A stretch of DNA of 64,000 nt from the NCBI RefSeq assembly GCF_006345805.1, contig NC_043004.1, positions 34,162,001 to 34,226,000 of the forward strand. The letters are read 5' to 3'. The notes under the pieces were generated by a model. It saw nothing but the letters and a program-made list of their open reading frames with translations. It was not told the origin of the DNA and ran no database searches. A program made the position numbers and the translations under genes. Source of the DNA: Octopus sinensis (Eukaryota). Of the stretch, positions 38,633 through 52,949 are shown one piece after another (the first letter of the stretch is position 1; every line of letters starts with the position of its first letter).

Positions 38633-39296
38633 TCTATATTTTATTTTAAGTTGAAGTTTCACAAATTGCAACACTAAGTTCCATCTTTTGCCAATTCTCA
38701 AGCAATGAAAGAAAGGAATCACTCAAGCTTATATTTATATGTGAGATAATAATAAAAATAAAAGATTGTTAAACAATAAGATATGAACAATGGAAAAGTT
38801 TTTTGGTCTGTTTGGAGAAGGTAACAACTGTAAAATACAAGTCTGTCTAATGTTCACCTGCTAATTATTTTGAAATATTTCAACAAAAATTTCACTTTTT
38901 GATGACAAACATTGTATATAAAGAACACATTAACAAAAGGAACCGTCTTTGAATTGGTTGGAATGTGTGACAAGCTGCAAACAATTCAAGAATGTCCGAC
39001 AGCTGAAACAATATTTATGTTCATCAACTTAGAATTTGCCATCGTAAATGGTTAATTATTTATTGCTTTCTAAATTCAAGGCGATATCTAAGAAATTAAC
39101 TGTTGTATATTGTTATATTCCACAAACAAATCAAAAAGTTTTCTCTTATTAGCATGCAGCTTGAATTCAACAATTTTTATTTCACACATACACACACATG
39201 TATATATATATATAAACACACATATATATACATATATATATATATATATCTATATATCTATATATCTATCTATATATATATATACATATATCTTTA

Positions 39297-39339
<43 letters not shown>

Positions 39340-39608
39340 ATATATATTATATATATACACACATATATATACACATATATATATACACATATATATATGT
39401 GTGTGTGTGTATGTATATGTAAATATGTATGTATGCATGAATACACACACATACGTATGCATGCACACATATGCAAAAGCTCGTATAAAACATTTGTAGA
39501 TTAATTTCCTTCATTGCTTGAAAATCAGTAAAATTTGAAATTTGTGAAGTTTCAGCTTAAAATAAAATTTTAAATAAATTCTGTTATTTTACTTTATGTT
39601 TTTGTTTT

Positions 39609-39647
<39 letters not shown>

Positions 39648-39764
39648 GGGTTGTTTATACTGTCTTGTATTTATTTCATGTGTGCACGTGTGTATGTGTG
39701 TGTGTGTTTGTGTATATATATATATATACATATATAAATACACATATATACACATTGTAAATGA

Positions 39765-39950
39765 GTGCCCTGTGATGGACTACCCTTCTAATCAGGGATA
39801 ATGTTGCCCTGTTCGCCCAGTCAGCAGGGTGCTATCATTTGAAAGCTAAAACAATGTAAAGTATTTTACATTGACCAGTGATGTATTGTGATGTGACCAG
39901 TGATGTACAACTAAGTCTGATATTTTATTCAGTAATGCCATCATGTGATA
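39765..39950. mobile_element. Family D element, diverged
   Basis: catttgaaagctaaaacaatg...gtgaccagtgatgtacaac is the reverse complement of 16740-16790. Confidence 0.5.
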
Positions 39951-40491
39951 CACACACACACACACACACAAATATATACACATGTGTGTGTGTAAAATAA
40001 AGCCTCAAGTGTCATAGAGATGGAATAGTGCTGAGGAGTGAATTAGACAAGATAAGAGAAAGGCTTAGATAAGGGGTTGAGATCTTTGGGTCATCCCATA
40101 ATCAATGCACAATTATTATATTGGCCCTGAATGAGGAAAAGCATAGTTGACCCTGGTGGCATTTGGACACTAAGTGTAAAGACAAGTGAAATGCTGCTAA
40201 GCATTATCTCTGGCATGGTAATGATTCTGCCTGCTTGTTACCATTCTTACCATTCCATGTATTTTTATACACAAATATTCTTTTACCTGCAGACAGCCTT
40301 ATTTTCATCATCATCAACCAAACAACTCTTTTCCAGGCTTGCATATGAATATATATCCCACCAGGGATGATTTACGTTCATATATTTCCGTCCAACCCAT
40401 GCTAGCATGGAAAGCGGACGTTAAACGATGATGATGATATGTAAGTGTGTATGCGTGTGCATGTGTATGTGTGCACTCTGAGATAAATAAA

Positions 40492-40535
<44 letters not shown>

Positions 40536-41691
40536 CACAATTAAGCATAAATATTTATATCTATAATCATTATCTCTCACTTGTTGATCTCTCTCTCTTG
40601 CTCTCTATTTCTCTCTTTCTCTCTTTCCCTCCCCCTCTCTCGACATTTACATTTATTATGCAAATTCTTTTCCTTTCAAAATGTGTTTCCATTCCAGAAA
40701 TTTTCTTACCATTATACAAAAAAAAAAAGACAAACAAAATATAAATAAAAACAAAACTGTGCTACCATTTATTTTCTCGAATATATTCAAACTATCGCTC
40801 CTCAGGAAAAGAATCCATCATCTTCAAAATGCACCACTCAAAGCCATTTTATCTTGGCAATGGCAAAGAAAATCTCACCTTTTCTTTATTCTCTAATAAG
40901 TTTGGTTCCTTCTTCTCTTCTCTGTATTTTCCTAATGATTATTTGCATAGCATTTTGCTTCTTGTTCTTTTATTTACAACCGTTTTAAAATTTGCACTAT
41001 TCTGTTGGGTGAGAATGTTGTTTGTTTGTGTGTGTGTGTGAATTCTTGCAAAATCTTGGTTCAGATCTATAACAACAATTGATCTCATTTTATTCCAACC
41101 TATACGGTGGTCATTCCACTTGCTAAAAGTAGCAACTAGATCTTCCTCTCATTGCACTCTTGAAAAGAAATAAAGGGACACTTTGGATGCTGCAGACTTG
41201 GGTACACAATGCCTTAGGAAATAAAGCTGGATGGTCATGACTGGAAAGCCTATGGTGAATTAGTACAGTTGTTAGAGTGTTGGGTTAAATACTTTGTGGG
41301 TATTTGTCCCAGCTCTCTGTGCTCTGACTACAAATCCTGTTGAGGTCAATCTTGATTTTTATCTTTTTGGGGGTCAATGGATAAAAGACCATTCAAGGGT
41401 CATGGATTAGCAGAATTTTTAGGGTGTAGAAAAGGAAGGGGTGTGGTATCATCTTTTTCAGTTCTAGTTGTTCTGAGTTCAAAACCTTGCCCCTACAGCA
41501 AAGTAATCTCTTCTGGGTGGAGCAAATGAAGGGTATCAACTTAACAAAATAGAGAGAAGCCAAGAACACAAAGTGTTGAAGAGATTATTATGAGGATAAT
41601 GATGATTATGACAATGATGATGACAATAACAACAACAACAATCACATCTGAATTCTTATGACCGATGCATTAGATACAAATAATTACAGAG

Positions 41692-43123
41692 GTATCAAGT
41701 TATTGGGTTAGGTAATGAAGGTCACGGAGGGGGGCCATAGCCCAACTAATTAGGCAGAGAGTCAGTTTAGATGAAATGTAGTTTGGCTTTGTGCCAGGGA
41801 AAAGTACCACTGTTGCTATATTTCTGGTAAGACAGCTGCAGGAGAAATACCTAGCCAAAGATAAACCACTGTTCCTAGCTTTTGTTGACATGGAAAAAGT
41901 CTTTGACCGATTCCCTCGATTCCTTACCAGGTGGTCAAGGAGAAAACTAAGGATAGATGAGTGGTTAGTGAGAGCTGTACAAGCCATGTACAGGGATGTT
42001 GTCAGTAAGGTGGGGGTTGGCAATGAGTACAGTGAAGAATTCCAGGTAGGAGTAGGGGTAGGGGTCCACCAAGGATCAGTCCTTAGCCCCCACTTATTCA
42101 TCATAGTCCTCCAGGCAATACCAGAGGAATTCAAGATAAGATGCCTTTGGGAGCTTCTCGATGCTGACGACCTTGCTCTAATTGCTGAGTCACTATCGAA
42201 ACTAGAGGAGAAGTTTCAGGTGTGGAAGCAAGGTCTAGAATCGAAGGGCTTCAGAGTCAACCTAGCTAAAAACCAATGTCTTTATAAATAGAAAGGTAGA
42301 CAAACCACAAATCCCTTCAGGTAGATAGCCCTACTCGATCTGTAGAAAAGGTGTAGGCAGAAACTCCATAAGATTTACCCTGATGGACACATAAGAGGTG
42401 TAGCAATATCAAAGGAAGGCTAACTGAGAAGGTAGTTTTTGTGTGTGGCAAATGCTCAAGAGCAACAAACACTGAAAATATGCAGAAAACAGCTTCCATC
42501 ACATTCTAAGGGGGAAAACTAGAAGTAGTTAATAGCTTCCGTTACCTAGGTGACCAAGTCAGTAATAGGGTGGATGCTCTGAAAGTGTAGCTGCTAGAAT
42601 AAGAATAGCCCGGGCAAAGTTCAGAGAGCTCCTACCTCTGCTAGTGACAAAGGGCCTCTTGCTCAGAGTAAAAGGTAGACTGTATGATGCATGTGTGCAT
42701 AACCAGCCCATTTAAGAGTACCCTTCTATCAGTGGGCAATAACCTGTGATTGCGAAGACCTGTTGAGGCAAGTGAAATTGTTGTTGTGGCCGATTGGCAC
42801 CTGTGTCAGTGGCTTGTTAAAAGCACAATTCAAGCGTGATCATTGCCAGTGTCACCTGACTGGCTCCTGTGCTAGTAGCATGGAAAAAGCACTATTTTAG
42901 CATGGTCGATGCCTGTACCATCTGACTGGCCCTCATGCCAGTAGCACATAAAAAGCACCCGCTACACTCTCGAAGTTGTTGGCTTTAGAAAGAGCATCCA
43001 GCTGTAGAAACAGATCAGATTGGAGCCTGGTGCAGCCTTTTGGCTTGCCAGCCCTCACTCAAACCATCCAACTCATGCCAGCATGGAAAGCAGATGTTAA
43101 ACGACGATGATGATGATGATGAT
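41692..43123 (+). mobile_element. 5'-truncated RTE-clade LINE: RT domain, 3' UTR and (GAT)n tail
   Basis: GFVPGKSTTVAIF.VRQLQEKYLAK...AFVDMEKVFDR...GVHQGSVLSP.LF...ELLDADDLAL (YADD decayed)...RYLGDQ. It is the source family of the many (GAT)n-tailed fragments in the window. Confidence 0.92.
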
Positions 43124-43271
43124 CACCTAGGAAAGAAGTAAGCACTGAAAATGATCTTTGCAAAATATGGAAACCATGAGAATATCTATGAAGATGAATC
43201 AAAGCCCTCCCCAGAAAGCTAATGACTAAGTTTCTTATTTTACTGAGCAAAGGTAATATATTGCTCTGCAT

Positions 43272-43478
43272 AACTTTGGCACAAGGCCAGCAATTTCAGA
43301 AGGGGACAAAAGTTGATTAAATCAACCCCTGTGTTCAATTTGGCTCTTATTTTCTTGGCTCTGAAATGATGAAAAGCAAAGTTGACTTTGGTGGAATTTG
43401 AACTCAGAATTTAACGAGGGATGAAATGCCACTAAGCATTTTGCCTGGTGTGGTAGTGGTTCTGCCAGCTGACCACCT
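43272..43478 (-). mobile_element. SINE family B
   Basis: aaagcaaagttgactttggtggaatttgaactcagaat...ctgccagctgaccacctt. Confidence 0.75.
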
Positions 43479-43714
43479 TAAGCAGGTTCATATACTCCCA
43501 TGTATAACTGGCTGAGTATTTAAAACTGAGCAGCAAGTACACACCAATTAAATAGATCAGTAGCTACTTTCTGTTTATGTTTTATCACCACAACAAAGAA
43601 AAAAGTCTTTGCATCATCATTAAAGATGTCACGATGAGAGAAGCCTTATATGGTCAATAAAAACCAATGAAAGAAATGTTGATGAGGTCACTAAAACCAG
43701 CAAAGGAAACCTTT

Positions 43715-44072
43715 TAAGCAGTCACTCAACCTGCTAAAGATATCAGACTAATCTTCCTGAAATTACATTCTGCTACCACAAAAAGGACACATTCTTGTGT
43801 TTGTAAAGATAGGACGATTAAGCTTTAATAACATGTCTGCTTGGAATGGTTAACCTGAAGCTAAGAAACAACAAGACAGTGTCTATATGATCGTTTAACC
43901 TGCTGGCAGTAGCAGACAAATTTCCCTTGAACTGTACTTGTCTTAAGAAAGATCTAAGACTACAATGGATAATATCACGTTAAATAGAGAGAACGGTGAG
44001 GATTGGAATGTTTTTGATCATGGAGATGTTCAATCAGGACTGACCTGGGGCTAAATAACAACAACAACAACA
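43715..44072 (+). repeat. Interspersed repeat family with (AAC)n tail (family C), unclassified
   Basis: gcagtcactcaacctgct...caatcaggactgacctggggctaaataacaacaac. Related pieces at about 4195-4370, 17200-17410, 32290-32500 and 52380-52615. Confidence 0.5.
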
Positions 44073-46399
44073 AACGTATCCCGAACATTACCACCACCTC
44101 CTTAATTGTTCCTGTGGTCATTGTTGTTGTCATCATCATCATCACGATCATCATCATGTGAAAAGCTTAGCAAGGTTTGGTAAAATCTATAGAAGATTAT
44201 TTATTTCAGATTTCTTTGAAGGTTCCAGACAAGTATATCTTTCATGCAGCAAGCATATCGCTAGATGTTGGTTAATTATGTGCCATTTTTCTTTGAATGT
44301 TGGTTCCAAAAGGAAATGCTTTGCCCATAGACAGTGAAATCTATTGAAACAATGTTATTTACAAGGATTAAGAACTCATAAACTGTAAGATTACACACTT
44401 TAGATTGTAATGTCGAGAATGTTATAGAAAATCTAGAAGTTGGCTATTAAAAGTTGATGGATTTTTATCACTTTATTAATATTAACTTCATAATTTGACA
44501 AACCTGGAACTTTATATTACAAACATTCAGAAAATGGATACTTGCCTGAAGGGTTTAATTTGAATTTCAAAAACTGGCCTATTCTGGAATGCCCAGAGAT
44601 TCTATTGATAACTTGATATTAACCAGATTAGATTTGAGATTCTATTATAGCCTTGGGTAATTAGAACAAATTGTCATAACACTGCATAGAACAATCTCAT
44701 TAGTTAATACTTGTTTTTACAGTTACTCCATGAGTTAGACAGGTGTTGCAGTGAGTAATATTGCTTTTTCTCTCTTAATGTTGTCTTGTTTTCATGTGTG
44801 ATGTACACCTCTTGTAAGCTTAAAACCTCACAAGTCAATAACTAGGTTTAAGCTTTATGCTTCGAAATGTCAATACATCTGCTGACAATATAGTTTAACT
44901 AACAGAAATACATTGTTGAATATGAAATGCCAGTTAATGCAGAAGATCAATGTGGTAGAAGCAAACATAGTGAATATGCAGAGCACTTTTTAAAAAAATC
45001 TTGTTTTGTGGTTGTTTGTGTTATACATGCCATGCTTAGAAAATTCTTCCTTTGCGTGTTAAAATTATGATTTTTTTTGTTTTGTTTTTTTTTGCTTAAG
45101 CTGAACTGTCACAATTATGGAAAGAAAATAGGTCTTCTTTTGCATTCCTACAACAGGCTATGGTGAAAGTAGAAGAAAAGAATAGAATGTGGAGGATGAG
45201 AGAAATGGATGGTGGGAGAGAAATAAAGAAAGAAAGGAAGAGAAAAGGAAAAAGTGAGGGTCAAAACTTTGGGGATAAAAACCAAAGAATATGATTAACG
45301 ATTTCAAAAGAAAAAGGAAATAAAAAAAAAACCAACAGTATACTACCATAACAGCAAATGAGTAAAGTGATCAACAATAGAGACTCTTTGTATTTCTGAT
45401 TGTTTTGAGGGAGAGAAAGGTGTGTGAGGGGTGCAAAGAAATAACTTTCTTATGTTTCGAGGAATGTTGTTGTTTTACTGATAGAACGAAATTTAACAGA
45501 GAAAAAAAATAACAGAAATGAAAGAGTTAAAAGATAAAAAAAAAATAAACAAAAGTACACAAGAAATTAACATCATAATGTTTTTATTCTGGTGCTTGAG
45601 ATTTTAGCTGGTTTTGTTTTTTGTTTTTCCTGCCTTTCTTATCTAACAAATCTTCCTTGGAGCTACTGACCTAAAACACCTGATGCAATGAAAAACACAG
45701 CTGTTTTGACATGAAGAATTATCAGAGAAAAGTGACAGAATGGCAGAGAGAGAATGAAAGACAGGGAGACTGAGAGAGATGAAAAGAGAGTGAGACAGAA
45801 GGGCGAGTACCTGTCTTGCAGTGTTCAGAGTAAATTTACTGTCTTAACTGATAAATAACCAAATAAAACAATGAAACTAATCACATTACAGTTAAGTTTT
45901 GGAAGAGTTTCTTTTCCCTTTCTCTCTTTTCTCATTTCCTCTCACAGAACAAATTTTTATTTCTTTTTTACATAACTATATAACAACATTTTATTACAAA
46001 GTAGTTATGATTTTCACCACTCAAGGTGTTTAGGTCACTTACTATGCAGAAGATTTATCACATAAAACAGCTATTTAAAACCTGACATTTCTAATGCGTG
46101 TGCAGCGATGGGAACTGTTAAATTTCAGAAGCAATTCTTTATTAATGTATTTTGAAGATTGCACTTAATAAACAATTATCTGGTTAAAAACAATATCTTA
46201 TATGAATAAAAGTTAATATTTGGAGCTGGGGAAAAAATGTCAAATTGAAAACCATGAAACATTCACTAGAAAATGATACATGGGTTTTGCAATTCTCATA
46301 GTCATAACACACACATGTACACACACACACATATATATACACACATGTACATAGACACACCTGCACATGCACACTCTCCAGCCATGTACATCTATATAT

Positions 46400-46544
<145 letters not shown>

Positions 46545-46626
46545 CATATATATATATATGCATACATATATATAGGTATATATATATACCTATATATATG
46601 TATGCATATATATATATGTATATATA

Positions 46627-47113
<487 letters not shown>

Positions 47114-48649
47114 TTTGTACACTAAGTATTATGGACTCATAGTCTGTTATGTGTGTGTGTGTATGTGTATGTATGTATGTATCTATGCATGTGTGTAAAT
47201 ACAACCCATGCCAGCTTGGACAATGGATGTTAAATGATGCTTATAAAGATGAAGATAAACATACATGCACACATGCAAATATATATATTTATATACACAT
47301 ATATGTATGTATGTATGCATGCATGTATGTATGTATGTATGTATGTATGTATGTATGTATGTATGTATGTATGTATGTATGTATGTATGATTATCTGATT
47401 TTCCCATGCTGCCATATTTCAAACAAGACTTATTGGGGTAGTTTTCTACAGCAAGAGCCATTTCAAGCATCTTTCTCAGTCAATGACGAGACATTCCTTA
47501 AATCTACCCCACCAATTGCACAGGGCTTGGATCAATAAATTCATTATTTATAACATAGTCTTTCCAATGTGTACGGCAGATGGTTTGCCATTTTCCTTGA
47601 TGGAAGTGTTCCAGCCGCTCTATGTTTGTTTGTTTTCTCAACAAAGATGCTGGAAGACGAAAATGGTGAGGCTCTGATCTCTGCAATCGATCACCACCGA
47701 AAAACAATTCACAAAATGTCTTTTAATTTAGTTTGTTGTTTATGGTTCTTTGGTTCTTTATATTTTAAGACAGAACAGTAGATAATTACGGATAGGTAGA
47801 CAGAGCAGACAGCAACGTCTGTCATGTGACCAAATGTGGAGAACAGATGACATGTCACATGACCACCAGACAAGAGATAAAAGCCCAATGTTATTTTGTT
47901 TGTCTATTAATTATCGTTTTATGGTTTTTTCATAATTATAATTTCATTTTGATGTTTGTTTTACATTAAAGAAATTGAAGGGAAATAATGAGAAAAAAAC
48001 AAACAAAACAGTTTATTGTTGTTTGGTATAACACAATGAGTTTATAAATCTAATGTGTGTGTATGTGTGTGTGTGTATGCGTATTTGTATGTAGTACATA
48101 TAATACACACATGCACGCGCTCAAACACACACATGCACACACGCACGCACACACACATACACACACATACATACACACACACACACACAGACAAGCACAT
48201 AAATAGAGGATATAGTGCTGGAATACCAAAGTTAGAGTGAAATATAGTGTTTTAATGAAGCTGAAAAACTTCAAAATTTGTTGCTCAAAGTTTGACATAA
48301 GGAATCACCAGGGAGTAGTCTTCTGTCTGATGATAGGTTGTATGAATTACAGTTTCTGAAGTTCTTTAGCTTTAATATAACACTAGTAACATAGATAGAG
48401 AGAAAAGACTGACAGAAATAAAGACAGACAGACAAAAAAAAAATTGATAGATAGATAGTTAAATAAATAAATAGATATCAGGAATGTATTGTCTGTGCAA
48501 GGAAGGTAGGCAGTGCCTGAAGGATTAAACTATAGATATTATTTGATACAAGAACCATATTAATTCTCATTCGTTGCAAGCATATAAAGATTAATACATG
48601 GAATAGAGGGTACGATTCAGTCCATGGCCTCTATTTTTGACATAAGATA

Positions 48650-49510
48650 GACATAATTTCTTCCATCCTGTTGTCTACAGCTCTTTCCTGCAATCAGACC
48701 TCGACACAATGCAGCAATGGATCACAGACTGGCAACTGAAACTGGCTGTGGACAAGTGTACCACCATGCATTTTGGGAGAAAAAACCCTGCGTCCACATA
48801 CTCCCTCCACAACACTGATATTAAGAAATCCTCTTGCGAGCATGACCTAGGCATCACTGTCAGCAGTGATTTGCGTTGGACAAAGCATATCTCTAAAATT
48901 GTCAAGAAGGTCAAGGGTGTCTTGGCATCACTCAGCAAGACTTTTGTTAGCCGCTCTCCAGCCATCTCTTTAAAGCTGTATACAGCTATGGTACGACCAC
49001 ACTTGGAATTCGCATCATCAGTTTGAAACCCCTATCTTGCTCAGAACATTGACCTCCTGGAATCTGTTCAGAGACGTGCAACCAAACGTGTACCCTCCAT
49101 CAGACACCTACCATATTCTGAGCGCCTTGTTTCCCTGGGCATGGATTCACTGAAGCTCCGGCGTCTGGCGATGGACTTGGTAAACTCCCACAAAGTTATC
49201 AACCACATCACCAACAACAACACTGAACACCTTTTTGATCTCCATGTGTCCAACACACGTGGACATGCCTACAAAGTCAGAAAACAACACAGCTCCCATG
49301 ACTTTCAGAAACATTTTTTCACGCTCAGAGTTGCTGAAGCATGGAACAAACTGCCTGCGTCAGTTGTTGACTGCCATGACACTGCATCCTTTAAGGCCCT
49401 CATGCTTTCCGAAATCCGCCGAAACTACACCTGATTATACATGCACTTTAGATGAGTTGTAGGGCACCTGAGCACTGTACACAATGTTTTACTATTATTA
49501 TTATTATTTA
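48650..49510 (+). mobile_element. CR1-clade LINE, 3' part of RT and tail
   Basis: LQSDLDTMQQWITDWQLKLAVDKC...EHDLGITVSSDLRW..HI...LYTAMVRPHLEFASSV*NPY....LESVQRRATK...YSERL..LG...L.LRR...NTRGH...FFTLRVAEAWNKLP, with an (ATT)n tail. Confidence 0.93.
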
Positions 49511-49704
49511 ATGTCAATGTCTATAAAAGATGTAATACTTCTAAAACCAACCAACATGGGTTCAGTTCTATTATACACTAAATATGAGAGAAAAAAAAAG
49601 GCAGATTTAGAAGACTGGATATGTAGAAGACTGTTTATCATTGGTGGTGGCAGCTTTATTTTGCATCCAATGGTTTATTTTCTTCTTTGCTGAATGCTTC
49701 CTTT

Positions 49705-49905
49705 GCACATCAAATGGGAACACTATATGACCAACAACAAAGTCCTGGAAAGAGCCAACAGTTAAAGACTCATGAAACTCTTTGATGGTCAAGACATGTA
49801 GCAAAAATGGAAGAGTCAAGGTTCCCATGTCAAGTCTTATTCAGTGAATTCACTTCAAGAAAAAGACCATGGGGTTGCCCTCTTCAAAGATACAAGGACC
49901 AACAC
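49705..49905 (+). mobile_element. RTE/BovB-like ORF C-terminal fragment
   Basis: HIKWEHYMTNNKVLERAN...WSRHVAKMEESRFPCQVLFSEFTSRKRPWGCPLQRYKDQ. Confidence 0.7.
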
Positions 49906-50159
49906 TGTATGTACACCTGCTTCTAAGAACTAAGATACTGTTTTTTCATTATGATCCATATTTCATAATGATCCACAGGAATATATAACTATACACATCT
50001 CTGTCACAGATTGCAATAAAGGGGGTTCCCTTGACAATCCATTGCAGTTAGACATCCAAATGAACTTGCACCATCCAATTCTGAGTTCCAAGTAACTGCA
50101 ATGGTGACACATGCATAGGAACTAATTATTTATATTAATGCTTATCTTAATTTCCTCCT

Positions 50160-50310
50160 AGATCTCGCTCATTGTGGTATTTCCAGTAGAAGATAGGTCT
50201 GGAGCCCGGACAGCTGAAGAAAGCCATCAAAGTGATAGGCATGGTAGCTGAAGTTAGCTCCAGATGGTTATGGTTGATAAGAGACCGCAAGTGGAACCTA
50301 TCTGAAGTTG
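50160..50310 (+). mobile_element. HERO/R2-group non-LTR retrotransposon, extreme C-terminus
   Basis: RSLWYFQ*KIGLEPGQLKKAIKVIGMVAEVSSRWLWLIRDRKW fits the ..AExxSRWLWxxR...W end of restriction-like-endonuclease (RLE) elements, from recall. Confidence 0.55.
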
Positions 50311-50576
50311 AGGACCAGCTCAAGTTAAAGGTTTACAGGTTAAAGGTCAAAATGCTTGTTACCCTGAGACAACTGCTGATGATATGGAAGGATTTCCAGC
50401 ATTGCAATGGATTTAGAAGGAGGGCTTGCAAAACCTCTGAGTAGCTCCTGAAGTTTCTAAATGGAGTAAAGCATCTCTGATGTTTTATTCATTAGGGTTT
50501 ATTAGTTTTAATCAGCGGAATGTTATAAAAGGGTCTTGGGGGTTAAGAATTTCATGCATGACACTTACAAAACTAA

Positions 50577-50579
<3 letters not shown>

Positions 50580-50619
<40 letters not shown>

Positions 50620-50980
50620 GTGTGTGTGTGTGTGAGCATGCGTGTGCATGTGTGTGTGTGTGTGGTGTGTGTGTGTGTGTGAGCATGCGTGTGCATGTGT
50701 GTGTGTGTGTGAGCATGCGTGTGCATGTGTGTGTGTATGTGTGTGAGTGCATGTGTGCATGCATGCATGAGTATGTGAGTGCATGTGTGCATGCATGCAT
50801 GAGTATGTGAGTGCATGTGTGCATGAATGAGTATGTTGGTATGTGTGCATGTGTGCATGGATGAGTGTGTTGGTATGTGTGCATGTGTGTGTGTGTGTTT
50901 GTGTGTGTGTATATGTGTGTGTGTATGTGTGTTTGTGTGTGTGTGTGTGAGCATGCGTGTGCATGTGTGTGTGTATGTAT
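50580..50980. repeat. Compound (TG)n / (GCAT)-interrupted microsatellite
   Basis: Directly visible, with higher-order units such as gagcatgcgtgtgcatgtgtg. Confidence 0.95.
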
Positions 50981-51189
50981 GTTGGCCTTGAATTTTAAAA
51001 TGTGAACCATATCAACCACAGAAATGATTGAATACAAAATTTAGACTCATATTGTACAAAAGCAACATAGATTTAAATTTTTACCTGCAGCAGTAAATTA
51101 ATATTAATTAGCACATCCAAATTATCTTGGATGTGTTGTTTATCGAATCATAAACTGTGGCAAGTGTCTTGAGAAATCTCCATGTACGT

Positions 51190-51445
51190 CAGTGGTTCTC
51201 ACAATTTTTTGTTTATGGACACCTCTTTGATTCCTATTCTGATGGGGTGGACCCTCATAGTCGTTTGGTGTTTAAAAATCCCATTATATTTTAATAATTA
51301 AATATTACAAGAAATTGTATAAAAAAAAATTATTAAAATATTTTGTGTGTTTTCGATGTATAAGCGATTTATTCCTCATAAATTCATTAACAAAATCATA
51401 TCTGAACCCCAAAGGTGTCTTATGGACCTCAGTTGAGAACCACTA
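51190..51445. mobile_element. hAT-Charlie-like MITE
   Basis: Terminal inverted repeats CAGTGGTTCTCA / TGAGAACCACTA. No clear 8-bp TSD. Confidence 0.6.
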
Positions 51446-52949
51446 GTATTGATAAGTGCTTCAAAGTAGCCGAATAGTTAATTTATTCACATAAAGTGGA
51501 TGTTTCTGCTGTATAATTACTTGTTGTTTTTAACCAAAGTAGCAACTAGAGCTAGTGAAATTTACAAGCCCAGAGAATTGAGATGCCTTTATATGGAGTT
51601 GAACTCAGCTTGGCATGCTAATGTATCAGTTGTTAATATTGTGATTGTATCTTCTGCCATAAAAAGTGATTGTGTGCAAAAGTTAGAAATCAATATTCTT
51701 ATAATGCTGCCATTCACAATAGCAGAATTATTTTGTTTGCATCTTGCTGTTGATATTTACAGCAAGGTAGATGGGACCATTTGAGAATTCAGTGTTTTTA
51801 CAGCTGCATTCAATGCAGAAACTCGCCAAATATCACAAGCATTTGCTCTGTAAGCTGGTTGTCAGATGCCCAGTGAATACGAGTGTATACATTCAAATGT
51901 TTAGGTTTGTGTATGTGCCTTTGGCTTCATTGTCACCATTCAAAAGTGGGAGCTGCTTTACCAGCTTATCCATCGCTGCTGTTTATTAACGGCCATTCAG
52001 CTAATGAAGAACAAACTCTCCTACATCTGACGTACATCAGTCATAAACAACATTGGGAAATTTGCCAGCAAGCTTTCACCATGCATATCTGCAGCCAGTT
52101 TAGCTTTAAACAGGTTAGTATTAACATATTTAATGCAGGGAGAATAGAAAAGATCACATGAACCAGCATTATGTGATAAGGAAAATGTAAAATGACAAGT
52201 CAATGATAAAAATTATTTTCATCAAATGCTGTGAGTGAGTCATAACCTGATGCTGTGGTCTTTCACTTCATTGCTGTATAAGAAAAACACAGGAGGTTTG
52301 CTCAGTGTGAAGTGAGTTTGATCAAAAGCCTCCATGATCAAAGTAAGCTTCAGTTTAAACAACAAAGGTAAGTTTATGTGGTCACTTATCATTCTAGAAA
52401 TAGCAACTAAATCTCTTTCAAATAATGCTGTCTAACAAAACAGAAGCACACATTGGATAATGTAATCCTTGATATATTATGCCAGAAAACAAAAAAGTGG
52501 GTAGTTTATGGTTAAAAAGTATTTGTGCAAAGGTCTGTTGGGTCAGCATTTATTTCTGGTCTACAGAAAAATGATGGGGATGACAACAACAAAAGCAATA
52601 ACATCAACAACAATATAGAGGATCAAACATGGAGGCAAAATATGAAAGAGCTGCAAATATTGCTAGGATATATCTTGTATGAGTAATGTCCCCTGCATAG
52701 TGGAGAGGCTCTTGCACGACATTAAAAATAATCTCCTGAAGATTGGGAATCATTTACAAATTAACCTGAAGATTTACCACTAATAAACCAAATCAGAAGA
52801 TATTTATGATTCCTTAAATTTACCATTTATGAAGGTAGAGAATTCAATACATGGAGAATGTCTCAACATTTGGACCAGCGATAATACAGCTAAGTACTTC
52901 GTAAAGTTTCCTTACAAGAACAATTACTGGACTCTACAGATATAATATC

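Noticed and set aside
47504-47640. SRCR-like peptide RLEHFHQGKWQTICRTHW
   Set aside because: Only the first motif resembles SRCR; the downstream VVCRQLG/Cys pattern is missing and a stop follows.
52640-52930. RTE RT palm remnant (ERLLHDIK...)
   Set aside because: Similarity is too faint to support without a profile search.
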